Of a DNA stretch of 64,000 bases, positions 47,751-58,779 are shown in pieces (the stretch's first letter is position 1; each line of letters begins with the position of its first letter). The DNA comes from a virus. The stretch lies in the IMG/VR virus record IMGVR_UViG_3300044213_000170, positions 64,001-128,000 of that record; one strand, 5' to 3'. The notes beneath the pieces were generated by a model, which saw only the letters and a list, made by a program, of their open reading frames with translations, was not told where the DNA came from and did no database searches. The position numbers were made by a program, and so were the translations under genes.

Positions 47751-47826
47751 CTTTGTATTATATTTAGTATTTAGTTTATTATTTATAGTCAATTTGACTA
47801 TAAATACAATATATTTGGGACCAGAT

Positions 47827-49200
47827 ATGCCAAGATTAAGTATGTGGCGTGACAACCACTCCAATGATTATAAGTTTTTTGACCGTAGAATTTCGGAAGA
47901 ATTTACCATCGGCGGTACCGGTATTTTACTACACAAATACTTAGGTCCGCAAACAAATACCGCTGCAACTGCATATAGTTTAACATCAGACGCAGTAACT
48001 GGAACCAATTCCCTTAGTTTTGCTAACGTTTCATTGATAGAAGTAGGGCAGACTATACAAGGCATTAATATCGATACAAATACCACTATTACTAAAATAA
48101 ATGTAGCAGCAAACACTGCAACTATCAGTAGTTCGTTAACTGGCAATATTGCCGGCGGCACTCCTGTAAATGTTTATTGGAACGATGCTACTAAACCCAA
48201 TTATACTACAGATAGCGTATTAAATATTCAAGATTTACTGTTTTTAGAAAATAGAGATAGAAAATATGATACTAGTGTGTATGCGTTAAGAGGAATTTAT
48301 ACCGTAAGTGATAACGATTGGGACTTGACTCAATTTGGTTTAATGTTAAGTACCGATACTATTGTTCTTACCTTTCACTTAAATGATACCGTGGCCTCTA
48401 TAGGTCGAAAGTTAATGAGCGGAGATGTAATCGAATTACAACACAAAAAAGATTACTTCCCATTAAACGATGATTTGCCAGCTGCATTAAAAAGATTTTA
48501 TGTTATTCAAGATGTAACATTTGCGGCAGAAGGCTTTAGTCAAACTTGGTGGCCACATTTGATCAGGATCAAAGCCAAACCAATGGTTAATTCACAAGAG
48601 TACAAAGATATTCTGAATAGCATTACTACAGTTGGAACTCCGACTGGAACACCAATCGGCCAAGTAATGTCAAACCTTGCCAAGTTAGGCGAAATCAACG
48701 ATGCTGTATTAGCACAAGCAGAAATTGATGTTCCAGTAAGCGGTACTGATATCAATTCAATATATAATGTTACATTGGACCCTAATGGTTTACCAGGTGA
48801 TCCAACCGGATCATCGCTGAAAAATCTATCAGTTAATAGCACAAATAAACTGGCCAGAGCAACTACGCCGGATGCAAATATCCCTGCCTATTTGGGCGGT
48901 GACGGGTTGGCTCCCGACGGGTATCCTGTAGTACAGAGCACCAGCTTCCCCACAAATCCTAAAATCGGAGACTTCGTGTTACGTACAGATTTTGTCCCTA
49001 ATAGATTATTTCGATTCGATGGTGCACGTTGGAATAAAATAGAAGATAGTGTCAGAACAAATACTACTCCGGGACCAGCTAATGCAACCCAACACGGTAG
49101 ATTTTATAATGACAATAGTACATTTACTGACTTGGAAGGACAAACGCAGCCAACAAGACAAAGCCTTAGCAAAGCACTTAAACCCAAAGCAGATAATTAA
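47827..49200 (+). CDS. gp14: Neck/head-closure protein gp14-like
   Basis: DLLFLENRDRKY, LTQFGL, GDVI; context; TATAAATA at 47799. Confidence 0.7.
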   Translation: MPRLSMWRDNHSNDYKFFDRRISEEFTIGGTGILLHKYLGPQTNTAATAYSLTSDAVTGTNSLSFANVSLIEVGQTIQGINIDTNTTITKINVAANTATISSSLTGNIAGGTPVNVYWNDATKPNYTTDSVLNIQDLLFLENRDRKYDTSVYALRGIYTVSDNDWDLTQFGLMLSTDTIVLTFHLNDTVASIGRKLMSGDVIELQHKKDYFPLNDDLPAALKRFYVIQDVTFAAEGFSQTWWPHLIRIKAKPMVNSQEYKDILNSITTVGTPTGTPIGQVMSNLAKLGEINDAVLAQAEIDVPVSGTDINSIYNVTLDPNGLPGDPTGSSLKNLSVNSTNKLARATTPDANIPAYLGGDGLAPDGYPVVQSTSFPTNPKIGDFVLRTDFVPNRLFRFDGARWNKIEDSVRTNTTPGPANATQHGRFYNDNSTFTDLEGQTQPTRQSLSKALKPKADN

Positions 49201-49211
49201 CAGGACAACCA

Positions 49212-51029
49212 ATGGCTTATCAATCTTTTTTTTATGATCAACAAATACGTAGATACATTATCCAATTTATCAGGATACTAAGCAATCTACAAGTGGAATT
49301 TGGCAAGGATCGAAACGGGGTAACTGCTTTACAACGTGTACCGGTCGTCTACGGTGACAGCAGTCGCCAAGTTGCAAGTATTATTCAAAACGGCAGTGAA
49401 AACTATATGAACAGTTTGCCGGCCATGGCCGTTTATATAGGCGGGTTCGAGTACGACCGAGGCCGAGTTATGAATCCCACATATGTAGATAAGCTGAATC
49501 TCCGAGAAAGAATATATGATCAGCAAACCGGAGAATATGGCACTACCCAGGGCGATACATATACAGTCGAACGATTAATGCCAGTCCCTTATAAATTAAC
49601 ATTGAAGGTAGATGTTTGGACTAGTAATACCGAACAAAAATTACAAATTTTAGAACAACTCTGCACATTATTCAACCCAGCACTGGAAATTCAAAGCACA
49701 GATAATTATGTCGACTGGACTAGTATCACTTATATTTTACTGACTGGTGTCAATTGGAGTAGTAAACCTGTTCCTACCGGTACTGATTCTCCTCAAGTTG
49801 AAACTGCATCACTGACGTTCGAGCTACCGATGTTTTTAAGTGCTCCGGCCTTGGTTAAAAAATTAGGAGTCATACAAAAAATTGTGGCCAATTTGTACGA
49901 TGCTAACGGAGATATCAACAATGCAATCTACAATGAAGGTAATTTATTATCCCGCCAATATTTTACTGTATTGAATTATGGTATAATACTATTAGAAAAT
50001 AGAATCAAATTGGTGCCTACAACCAATCACGTAATAGATAGATTGGGTGAACAAATCGTCAAAGAAGTAACCGAAGATATAAAAAATAACGTGTCTGTTG
50101 CCTTAACAGATACCGTGGGATTAGAACCAGGTATGTTTATTAGGGGCCTATCTATTACCGGTGCTGGCAATATCACTACTTCGATTGGTAGCACCATTGT
50201 TAATGGTATTCAAACTAACTTTTTATCCGATTTAACCCCGAATGTAGTATTATATCATGACGGAAATAGAGTTGGCACTGTAAGTTCTATTTCTAGTAAT
50301 ACCGAACTAATATTAACTGCAAATAGTCTAATAGATGTAACAACCTCAAATACGTTTACTTACACAGACCATTTTACAACGTATACAGGAAATGTAACTA
50401 TATCAAATATTTCCGGTGATGTTGTTCGATCTACTGGTCGTATTACTGCAAATATCGGAGATAAAATTGCATTTACCAGCTATCCCGAACAACTAGGTGA
50501 TGATCCGCAGTGGCGAAATGTAATAAATGTTTACGGTAATCTAGTCAACGGTTCTAGTAGAATTAGCGTGGAATTAGATTCCGGCGCAGAAATAGTAGGC
50601 ACAGTGGCATATAATCCGTACGATGCAACTGTATTGTTATGGAATCCTGATTTGGATACTATTCCAACAAATACCTTAGACCCGATTAATGCCATCATTG
50701 ATCCAATGTCTAGCAGACCTAATAGAGATTTACAAAATCTAGTAGAAGGTACCAGATACCTGTTGGTCAATGACTATATAACAGCCGCAGGCGAACAGCC
50801 AATTTATAACTGGATGGGGGTTGACAATACTCCGCTGATAGCGTATGCTAACGATATTATTCAATATCATGGCAATCACTGGATCGTTGCGTTTAAAAGC
50901 GATAGCGAACCAACTACGCAATACGTTACAAATATGACCACTGGTATCCAATATAAATGGGACGGAAGTCAGTGGACTAAGAGTTATGAGGGGTTTTACC
51001 CTGCAGGAAAATGGCAACTAATACTATAA
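49212..51029 (+). CDS. gp15: Tail sheath stabiliser/terminator gp15-like
   Basis: FFYDQQIRRY, VPVVYG, MPVPYKL, QILEQL..LFNP. Confidence 0.85.
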   Translation: MAYQSFFYDQQIRRYIIQFIRILSNLQVEFGKDRNGVTALQRVPVVYGDSSRQVASIIQNGSENYMNSLPAMAVYIGGFEYDRGRVMNPTYVDKLNLRERIYDQQTGEYGTTQGDTYTVERLMPVPYKLTLKVDVWTSNTEQKLQILEQLCTLFNPALEIQSTDNYVDWTSITYILLTGVNWSSKPVPTGTDSPQVETASLTFELPMFLSAPALVKKLGVIQKIVANLYDANGDINNAIYNEGNLLSRQYFTVLNYGIILLENRIKLVPTTNHVIDRLGEQIVKEVTEDIKNNVSVALTDTVGLEPGMFIRGLSITGAGNITTSIGSTIVNGIQTNFLSDLTPNVVLYHDGNRVGTVSSISSNTELILTANSLIDVTTSNTFTYTDHFTTYTGNVTISNISGDVVRSTGRITANIGDKIAFTSYPEQLGDDPQWRNVINVYGNLVNGSSRISVELDSGAEIVGTVAYNPYDATVLLWNPDLDTIPTNTLDPINAIIDPMSSRPNRDLQNLVEGTRYLLVNDYITAAGEQPIYNWMGVDNTPLIAYANDIIQYHGNHWIVAFKSDSEPTTQYVTNMTTGIQYKWDGSQWTKSYEGFYPAGKWQLIL

Positions 51030-51442
51030 ACCAAGGGTGTGGCAGTTTAATTTACTGTACATCTACCCATCGATATCTATTTTTATTACGTAACAACGGC
51101 AAAACTAAAAACACGTGGGGGCTTGTTGGTGGCAAAATCGAAGCCGGAGAATCGATTCAAGACGGCTTAATCAGAGAGATTCGAGAAGAATTGGGCGGAG
51201 AAATTCGTGATGCTAAAATAATACCCATAGAAAAGTATACTAGTGATAATAATAAATTCGTATACCACACATTCCTAATTAAAGTGGAGCATGAATTTAT
51301 TCCGTACTTAAACAATGAACATAAAGGCTACTGTTGGGTTCCGTTAGATGACTATCCGAAACCGTTACATCCCGGTGTTTATAAAACAATAAAAATAGAA
51401 CGTAACAGATCGAATATTATTCAAGAAACATCAGTTGATTGA
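51011..51442 (+). CDS. Nudix hydrolase
   Basis: GGKIEAGESIQDGLIREIREELG Nudix box. Confidence 0.92.
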   Translation: MATNTINQGCGSLIYCTSTHRYLFLLRNNGKTKNTWGLVGGKIEAGESIQDGLIREIREELGGEIRDAKIIPIEKYTSDNNKFVYHTFLIKVEHEFIPYLNNEHKGYCWVPLDDYPKPLHPGVYKTIKIERNRSNIIQETSVD

Positions 51443-51978
51443 GACGACTGTTTAGTAAAAAATAATTGTATACTAATTCTAGGTTCAGGTGCAGCTAAAG
51501 TAACCATTGTGGTTGAATGCCAGACTGGCGGTTTGAACCAAGCCATACTATTATGATAAGGGAATATCCACCCCTGTTTTCCGGGCATTTCAGGATCATC
51601 ATATAAAAATAATCCTCCCCAGTTCCAATTCCAATTTCGATTTAAATAAATGGTGCTACTTAATCGATTTGTATCTTCTGGTGCATCATGATGCCAGTTA
51701 ATTTGACTGCCGGGCGGCCATATATGCATAAACACCGTTAAATTATCCATGTTGCCAAAATCTTCATGGACTTCATTTGCATATTTTTCCCAAAAATAGT
51801 TTTTATATTGGTCTAATGGTAAAACAAAGACTCCGCTGTATGCCCCAGTCTCGAGTCCTTCTCCCCATCTACCCATATAATTAATTTCGAAACTAGCTGA
51901 ACCTTTTTTACTGGCTAGGTAGTCATGAAATTCGTTTACTTTGTCCGACTCTAAAAAATTATATCTATTATAAATCAT
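51421..51978 (-). CDS. 2OG-Fe(II) oxygenase (prolyl-hydroxylase-like)
   Basis: WHHD...IYLN..W..WGG...WH...RISIQ. Confidence 0.88.
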   Translation of the reverse strand: MIYNRYNFLESDKVNEFHDYLASKKGSASFEINYMGRWGEGLETGAYSGVFVLPLDQYKNYFWEKYANEVHEDFGNMDNLTVFMHIWPPGSQINWHHDAPEDTNRLSSTIYLNRNWNWNWGGLFLYDDPEMPGKQGWIFPYHNSMAWFKPPVWHSTTMVTLAAPEPRISIQLFFTKQSSQSTDVS

Positions 51979-51987
51979 GTTTTTTAT

Positions 51988-52545
51988 TTACCACTGGGTG
52001 CTGATAAAGAATAACTGAAATAATCTACCGTCATTTATATCTGTACCAAAATAATCTAAACTACTATGAAAGATATTTCCTCTATACATTGCTAATCGAT
52101 TATACTTATTACCTATTTTATCAACTAAGTCCCACTTTGTCATGTCCTGGGATTCGTATAATCGATCTCCCATTTCGTCTGATGTCAATGCGCCCGTTGC
52201 TTTGTGGCGAAATAATCCTGTGCCCCCTGTTACAGGTGCATCGGGAGTTAAGTAGCAAACTGCGGCCCACGTATTATGATGGTCACTATGTATCCAGCTA
52301 CGATCCTGTGCAGTAGTTAACTGAAAGCTACCAGTGAAACCATCCGTGTCGTGCCAATTGGTTACTTCTCCGCCGTGATTCCAGAGGATAGTTTGAATAG
52401 CATCTTTAAGACTTTGATCTAAGAAACTTTTAGTTCTACTACCCGGATAGTTGCCCGAAATGGTGAATTCTTGTGCTATTGCAAAATTCCTAACTTGATC
52501 AGGATTGCTATAAAAATCATCTACTACGATTACATTAGTTTTCAT
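51988..52545 (-). CDS. 2OG-Fe(II) oxygenase-like protein (DUF6445-like)
   Basis: VVDDFYSNPD, WIHSD, YNRL..Y....FHS, RLFQLFF. Confidence 0.75.
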   Translation of the reverse strand: MKTNVIVVDDFYSNPDQVRNFAIAQEFTISGNYPGSRTKSFLDQSLKDAIQTILWNHGGEVTNWHDTDGFTGSFQLTTAQDRSWIHSDHHNTWAAVCYLTPDAPVTGGTGLFRHKATGALTSDEMGDRLYESQDMTKWDLVDKIGNKYNRLAMYRGNIFHSSLDYFGTDINDGRLFQLFFISTQW

Positions 52546-53335
52546 TGAAAAATTTCCCTTCTATTAGACTTTCTATTCTTTGATGTATACTATTTTCCCA
52601 GTACGGTCGAGATAAATTATAATTTTCTTCGATGTAAGGTAACATTTTATTGTAATCATCGGGTTGAAGATTGTCGAATATTTTTTCTAATTCTTCAATC
52701 GTATTGAATTGCAATATTCCATTTATATTAAAATATTTATCTATATTTGTACACCCGTAATATATTGGAACTGTTTTTGTTGCAAAACAATCTAATAATT
52801 TTTCGCTGTACATATTTGGCATTACTTGGTTCTCAGTGACGATATGGAATTTAGCATTAGTAAAGAATGAATTTTTATCAGCAACCCGAGGAGGACTACG
52901 ATGCCAATACCAGTCAAATGGTCCTATATTTGTTTTTTTTCCAAAACGATCCATGATCATAAAACGCATCCGATGTTCTTTAGTCCATATTTTACTACTC
53001 ATCAAAAATGTTATTTGATCTTTTTTGTCTAATATTAAACCACTATCAACCCACGTGCCTACTGGACAAAATTCTTGGCTATTAGGTAGTGTTAAAATCC
53101 TGGGATCGTATGCTAATATCAAATCGTAGTTTGTGTGGTGTTGTTGCACCATTTGCCAAAAGTCTAAATATAATGCAGGAGGTTCGCACTGAACTAATAC
53201 ATTGATATCTGCTGTGGCATCTGCATAAACATTATCAAAACAAATACTTACTTTCTTAGGAAATAATTTTGTAAACCCGTGATTAAAGTGGCCGCTATAG
53301 CCGGGCAAATATCCAATTTGGTTAATGACCCACAT
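52535..53335 (-). CDS. Glycosyltransferase, GT10 (fucosyltransferase)-like
   Basis: FHIVTEN...YSEKLLDCF..KTVPIYYG. Confidence 0.8.
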   Translation of the reverse strand: MWVINQIGYLPGYSGHFNHGFTKLFPKKVSICFDNVYADATADINVLVQCEPPALYLDFWQMVQQHHTNYDLILAYDPRILTLPNSQEFCPVGTWVDSGLILDKKDQITFLMSSKIWTKEHRMRFMIMDRFGKKTNIGPFDWYWHRSPPRVADKNSFFTNAKFHIVTENQVMPNMYSEKLLDCFATKTVPIYYGCTNIDKYFNINGILQFNTIEELEKIFDNLQPDDYNKMLPYIEENYNLSRPYWENSIHQRIESLIEGKFFNEN

Positions 53336-53336
53336 A

Positions 53337-54194
53337 TTATCCTGCTGTTTTTATAATTCTACTAACTTGTTTAATTGTATTGCTAAACACAATCGCAGCA
53401 TTGCTGAAATTACTATCCCTACAAACTAATCCGCCGCACCGCGCAAGAGTCATTGCTTCCATAAAACTTTCTTGCCAATATTTCTTTCGAAAGAACATAT
53501 CATATTCCCAACCCCACTGCGTTATGCCTGTTATTTGTTCAGTAGGTAATCTTAGTAAATTAGGATAATAACAAATTATACTACGATATCTGTTCTCCAT
53601 CTTAACAAGACTCTCTACATTATCTGTAGATACATATAGACGTTCGTATATCCCAGTCTCAAGTTCTTTATCAATGGCCTTACAGTAATCTTCATAAGTC
53701 ACTGTACCATAATTTGTTTGGGCCGCCATGGTAGTCATTCTGACATGAGCGCCCAATACTTTTTCATTTATACGAACCAATTTACATAAGTCATCTACTC
53801 GTGTTGTTATTTCGTTTTGTATATGAATTTTATTCAACACTCTTTTATAATCCGCTAACCGTGGACTGTTTTCAATAGAATCTAATCCGCTATACGTTTT
53901 ACCAATAGGTAAAAATCCCCCGTCAACGTAACTGGAATCTATTTTCTGATCCAATACATAATTCATTATATGTTCGTATGGTTTTTCGATTCCGTACATC
54001 TCCATTGTTGAGCGATTACGAACGATATGAGCTACTGCTTCTTGTAAGAATTCGTCGTCATTTGTATGTTCACTGAATGGGCTTAATCGAAGTACCACAT
54101 TATCAAACTCTATATCCGCTAGGGGGATAATTCCGGATTGTAAAAAACGGCTAAATGGACCGCCGCCAGGCATTGTAAAAATATAATTACGCAT
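53337..54194 (-). CDS. Glycosyltransferase, NodZ/O-fucosyltransferase-like
   Basis: LGAHVR, LYVSTD, LARC...SNFS. Confidence 0.7.
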   Translation of the reverse strand: MRNYIFTMPGGGPFSRFLQSGIIPLADIEFDNVVLRLSPFSEHTNDDEFLQEAVAHIVRNRSTMEMYGIEKPYEHIMNYVLDQKIDSSYVDGGFLPIGKTYSGLDSIENSPRLADYKRVLNKIHIQNEITTRVDDLCKLVRINEKVLGAHVRMTTMAAQTNYGTVTYEDYCKAIDKELETGIYERLYVSTDNVESLVKMENRYRSIICYYPNLLRLPTEQITGITQWGWEYDMFFRKKYWQESFMEAMTLARCGGLVCRDSNFSNAAIVFSNTIKQVSRIIKTAG

Positions 54195-55017
54195 TTTTAG
54201 TTATCGAATATTTGTCAAAGATATCACTGATAGCATCGATATAGAAAATATCATTACTTTGACCGAATGTTAGGTTAAAATATTTAGTTGCTGTAGAGTC
54301 TATCGGAACTTTTGCCGATGGGCGATAATAATCATTATTATTGTTTATCTGCTCGGCAGGGAAACCTAACATCGATAAAATTTGATTACCCATGTGAAAT
54401 ACCAAATCAGTCGTAGGATGGTTGGTGCTATCAAAAAGATTTGTTTTAGTAAAATTATCTGCAATATAATCAACAACTTTAATATCAGTAATTAGCTCCT
54501 TCAGCTTGAGATACTTGATGTCCGCATCAAATCGTTGTTTATACAAAAAATCAATTTGATTATTAAGATACTGCTGGATAATTTGATTTTTAGTTAGACC
54601 GCGATCAATTAAATCGGTGATGGGTTTTTGGTTGCCTACTATCGATCGTAATGGTTGATTGAAATTATCTGAACTATCTATGGTTGTAGTTACTAGTATA
54701 GGCCAAAAAGATTTTACTAATATATATGGAATAGTTATGGATTTAGCAGAAGATTTTAGAAACGGTTGAATACTTTTTGTAGAATTACCACCGTACTCGT
54801 CCCCAAGTGGCTGATGTATAAAAAGATCTGCCTTTTTTAAATTTGCGAGATGATCCGACCAAGTCAAAAACGATCTGTTAGCTCTTATTAAATCATAATT
54901 CTGTACTACATCTACTATTTGATATTCATTAGTAAACTGCGTCGACTGCATAAGGACGTCATAGATCATTCTTCCTTGGCAAGTAGCATATATCAACGCA
55001 ATTTTTTTCTGAGTCAT
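54187..55017 (-). CDS. WcbI-like polysaccharide biosynthesis protein
   Basis: ATCQ, ADLFIHQP, LFDSTNHPT. Confidence 0.75.
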   Translation of the reverse strand: MTQKKIALIYATCQGRMIYDVLMQSTQFTNEYQIVDVVQNYDLIRANRSFLTWSDHLANLKKADLFIHQPLGDEYGGNSTKSIQPFLKSSAKSITIPYILVKSFWPILVTTTIDSSDNFNQPLRSIVGNQKPITDLIDRGLTKNQIIQQYLNNQIDFLYKQRFDADIKYLKLKELITDIKVVDYIADNFTKTNLFDSTNHPTTDLVFHMGNQILSMLGFPAEQINNNNDYYRPSAKVPIDSTATKYFNLTFGQSNDIFYIDAISDIFDKYSITKNA

Positions 55018-55020
55018 AAT

Positions 55021-55989
55021 TTATAGTGTGTTCATCCAATGATCGATCATTTCGTCAATCATTGATTCAAATGTGTATTTTGGTTTCCAATTTAATTGTT
55101 GGCGAATATCAGTGCTGTCGCCACGAAGATATCTAAGTTCTTCTGGTCGCATGAATTTTTCATTCTGGACTACATAGTCCTCATAATTCATACCCAATGA
55201 CTTGAAGGTATATTCACATAATTCTCTCACCGTGTGACTTTCACCAGTGGCCACTACCCAATCCCTTGCTTCGGCATTATTTGTAATTGCATGGATGGCA
55301 CGAACATAATCATAGCTATGACCCCAATCTCGGCTGCTATCCATATTACCTAATTCTAATGTATTTGTTAACCCTTTTTTAATTTCAACCGCAGTTTTAA
55401 CAACTTTATTAGTAACAAAATTGGTGCCTCGACGCGGGCTTTCATGATTGAACAAAATACCATTACAAGCATGAAGTTTATAAGCGGCACGATAATGTCT
55501 TGTTAAATTAAAAGCCGCTAGTTTACTGATTCCATACGGGCTTACTGGCACCATCGGAGTAGTTAATCGTTGTGTTTGATCTGGATCGATACTGTTACCA
55601 AACATTTCGCTGGAACTGGCTTGATAATATTTTGCTTCAGGGCATAGTTGCCTGTAATAATCAAGCATATACAAAACACCCATGGTATTTGTTTGTAGGG
55701 CAAATGCAGGCATATCAAAGCTGATACGAACATGACTCATTGCACCCAAGTTATAAATCTCGTCCGGTTTCACTTTAGAAATAACTTCGTGTAAACTCAG
55801 CGGATCCGTTAAGTCTCCGTAATGTCGAGTAATATCCTCATTAATTTTTTCTAGTCTAGAACTTTGATTTTCGGGCACACTGTGTCTGCGAACAATGCCG
55901 TGAACTTCATACCCGAGTTCTAGTAGATATTCTGATAGATAACTACCATCTTGTCCGGTAATACCTGTTATTAGTGCTTTTTTTGTCAT
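55021..55989 (-). CDS. gmd: GDP-mannose 4,6-dehydratase
   Basis: ITGITGQDGSYL, QASSSEMFG, PVSPYGISK, ILFNHESPRRG, RDWGH. Confidence 0.97.
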   Translation of the reverse strand: MTKKALITGITGQDGSYLSEYLLELGYEVHGIVRRHSVPENQSSRLEKINEDITRHYGDLTDPLSLHEVISKVKPDEIYNLGAMSHVRISFDMPAFALQTNTMGVLYMLDYYRQLCPEAKYYQASSSEMFGNSIDPDQTQRLTTPMVPVSPYGISKLAAFNLTRHYRAAYKLHACNGILFNHESPRRGTNFVTNKVVKTAVEIKKGLTNTLELGNMDSSRDWGHSYDYVRAIHAITNNAEARDWVVATGESHTVRELCEYTFKSLGMNYEDYVVQNEKFMRPEELRYLRGDSTDIRQQLNWKPKYTFESMIDEMIDHWMNTL

Positions 55990-55990
55990 T

Positions 55991-56686
55991 TTATTTCTTC
56001 CATAATTTCTTTTGACTCAGATCTGAATAATTTTCATATCCGCCACAATCTGGTGTATCTTCTGCTACTTGGTCCATTAATATAATACCCCGAGCTGCAT
56101 CCTCCGGGGTCATATACATATGCCAACCACAAATGTCTGTATCATCATCCCATTGGCTTACTGCCATATCTCTGCCGTCATATCTGGCCTTAACTAACCA
56201 ATCGTAAGCATCTTTGTCGTCTGTTAGTATCATTCCGCCTCGTCCGATTGGGATACGTTTTTTGATTTGGAAACTGACCACATGAAATCCGCCGGCATAC
56301 ATTCCTTTTTTCCAACGTGTTGCTGCATCCCATATAGGATAAGGTTTAAGTTGATATATACCCGACCATTGTTCATCTCTGAATGTAGGATTACAGCCTG
56401 CGTGGCGTATATTCATTGGAACACTCTGATATGTTTGTTTAGGAATCTCTACGTCTCCTGTAGCATTCAAATACTTTAAACTCAAAAATAAACCGTTAGT
56501 GCAACAATCAACACTTATTCCATATTTTGCACCTGCGAATTCGGCCACTTTCTGTTCAAATATTTCAACTACATCGCGAGGGTCATTCCAATTATATCCT
56601 AACTGTTTAACTAAATCAAGTTCTGGGCGTTGAAATTCTTTCGGTAATTTGCCCGATGGCCAACTATTAAATGGGTTTGTTGTCAT
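55991..56686 (-). CDS. DegT/DnrJ/EryC1/StrS sugar aminotransferase (short; perosamine-synthase-like)
   Basis: FEQKVAEF, WDAA, SFQIKK (PLP Lys), GGMILTDD. Confidence 0.85.
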   Translation of the reverse strand: MTTNPFNSWPSGKLPKEFQRPELDLVKQLGYNWNDPRDVVEIFEQKVAEFAGAKYGISVDCCTNGLFLSLKYLNATGDVEIPKQTYQSVPMNIRHAGCNPTFRDEQWSGIYQLKPYPIWDAATRWKKGMYAGGFHVVSFQIKKRIPIGRGGMILTDDKDAYDWLVKARYDGRDMAVSQWDDDTDICGWHMYMTPEDAARGIILMDQVAEDTPDCGGYENYSDLSQKKLWKK

Positions 56687-57206
56687 AATGATATCCTAGT
56701 TTTTCTGCGTATTCATATGATTTGTAAGAATCGCGAGTCTTAATTGGTTTTGCTGGATTACCGACATATATGGTCCAGGGCATTGTGTCTTCTTTAAGTA
56801 AGCTGTTAGCGCCTAGAACACTACCTTCGGCCATTGTGACTCCTGGCAGTATTACACTGTTAGCTAATGCTCCGCTAAATCTTCTTAAAGTAATTGCGGC
56901 AAGATGTTGCTGTTCTTTATACTCATCCGGTATGAGTGGTCCTACTAGGCCCTGCCCAACGAATGTTTCACTTCCGCATACATACTTACTTCCAACGCTC
57001 ATAAAACAAAAATCTTCTACAATCAGTCCTGTAGTTTTCCCGCCTATAACAGCAACGTGAGGACTAACGTGTACATAATCACCTATTGTCAGCTGAGTGG
57101 TACAATAAAAAAAACTGTCTATTGCTACTCGATTACCAATTTTAATTAATTCGGGTCTTCGAAATTCTGCACTTGGGCTGATATAAACATCACTGCCAAC
57201 TATCAT
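56667..57206 (-). CDS. Hexapeptide acetyltransferase
   Basis: LbH repeats; ILPGVT..EGSVLGANS; GNPAK. Confidence 0.88.
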   Translation of the reverse strand: MIVGSDVYISPSAEFRRPELIKIGNRVAIDSFFYCTTQLTIGDYVHVSPHVAVIGGKTTGLIVEDFCFMSVGSKYVCGSETFVGQGLVGPLIPDEYKEQQHLAAITLRRFSGALANSVILPGVTMAEGSVLGANSLLKEDTMPWTIYVGNPAKPIKTRDSYKSYEYAEKLGYHYDNKPI

Positions 57207-57613
57207 AAAAATGCCTTGTCCATTGCCTGGCCTTGGTATGGCCCTGTTTTATATTCGTAAACTACGGTATCATCTTCAAGAATCAAATAAGTATGACCGC
57301 CTTCGAAGGTCATGCTACAATCACCTTGATTAATAATTACTTTTTCAAGTAAGGCTCCGTTGGTGTCAAATAAACTACATTCCACACTGCCTTTTATAAC
57401 TACCCAAGATTCTTGAGCAATGACTTGGGGTCTTGGTGCAGGTTTCCAGATGTGCTGATGTGGTTTAAAAGTTTTTCCTTTTTCCATTCTCAATGTTGCC
57501 AATTGGATAAATTGATCTTCTGGGGCAACTTCGGTCCTGTCACTGATTTCTTCATATCTGTGAACAATGTGTAATAATTTTTGAGGGTCAATTTTACTGT
57601 AAATTTTATACAT
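57203..57613 (-). CDS. Cupin protein (WbuC-like)
   Basis: PHQH, QE, GGH, EYKTGPY. Confidence 0.75.
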   Translation of the reverse strand: MYKIYSKIDPQKLLHIVHRYEEISDRTEVAPEDQFIQLATLRMEKGKTFKPHQHIWKPAPRPQVIAQESWVVIKGSVECSLFDTNGALLEKVIINQGDCSMTFEGGHTYLILEDDTVVYEYKTGPYQGQAMDKAFL

Positions 57614-58661
57614 GATAAAAATCCATATGTTTAAGTTTTTGTAACCAAGTATCAAATTGTTTATGCACTACTTCGTCACTGAATTTACTCTCTGCCCACT
57701 CTCTGCAAGCACGAGGATTTATATTTTTTATGTTGTTTCCTGCTTCTAGAAAAGTTTTAAAGTCTTTGCATCGATAACCGGTGACACCTTGTTGTACAGT
57801 ATCAACAAATCCGCCCCAATCTGTGGTTATCACTGGCGTCCCCGATAGCATAGCTTCTACTACAATATTCCCAAACGGTTCTATATAATGTGTTGCGGCA
57901 ATCAAACAACTTGCTTTTTTTAACAGTTCTTTTCTTTGTTCAACGTTAACATAACCAACACATTCTACGTGAGCAGGAATGCTTGCATACCCCAAGTCTT
58001 GAAGACTGCCGGGTCCTGCAATTACTAATTTTTTACCTAATTTTTCTGTAATTTGAATTGCCAAATGTATGCCTTTATCTTGGCTTATTCTGCCCAAATA
58101 AACAAAATAATCCTCTTTGTCATCACAGAATTCAAACTCATTCACCGTGAACGCATTAGGAATCACTGCGTCCCACCAACTGGGTTGCAACATTTGTTGG
58201 TAAAGTCCATTGTAGTAATGCATTTGGCTATAACTAGTAAATCCCTTGTATGGTGCAAACACACACTCTAATAGATAACCTATACTAGGTTCCACTATTT
58301 TTAAATCCATGTGCTCTTTTACTGCTGCTTGATGACTTATTCCATAAAAGCAAAGAACCATATCACCGGGTTGTTTAACTTTATGTAATCGATCACTGAC
58401 CCTATTGCAAAACAGTTGAGTATATGCAGGGTGTTCTTTCATCATTGCACCTTCATGAGGTGGCGGTAATTCTTTGTTAGTTATTGCCGAAAAGTGCTCA
58501 CAATCCACTTCGCTACTTTCATGACCGTAATGAATCATATTATAGTCATATTGCTTCATATTTTCAATGAATTTGCTTACTGCGATATTAAATGGCTCCA
58601 TCCTATATTTAGGATTAGTTATGCCGTAAGGGTTTGCTAATATATGTAAAGTCTGTGTCAT
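57606..58661 (-). CDS. Glycosyltransferase family 4
   Basis: GRISQDKG, EPFGNIVVEAMLSGTPVI. Confidence 0.9.
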   Translation of the reverse strand: MTQTLHILANPYGITNPKYRMEPFNIAVSKFIENMKQYDYNMIHYGHESSEVDCEHFSAITNKELPPPHEGAMMKEHPAYTQLFCNRVSDRLHKVKQPGDMVLCFYGISHQAAVKEHMDLKIVEPSIGYLLECVFAPYKGFTSYSQMHYYNGLYQQMLQPSWWDAVIPNAFTVNEFEFCDDKEDYFVYLGRISQDKGIHLAIQITEKLGKKLVIAGPGSLQDLGYASIPAHVECVGYVNVEQRKELLKKASCLIAATHYIEPFGNIVVEAMLSGTPVITTDWGGFVDTVQQGVTGYRCKDFKTFLEAGNNIKNINPRACREWAESKFSDEVVHKQFDTWLQKLKHMDFYHV

Positions 58662-58743
58662 ACTATTTGATTATAGTACTATTTACTCTATAATTCAATT
58701 GGATTTTTGAATTTCTTGTTACCTATATGTTCGAATTTTTAAT

Positions 58744-58779
58744 CAAAAAAAAGTAACGCTACCGAAGTAGCGTTACTTA
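58744..58779 (-). terminator. Intrinsic terminator after the fibre gene
   Basis: AAGTAACGCTAC inverted repeat plus U-run. Confidence 0.8.
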
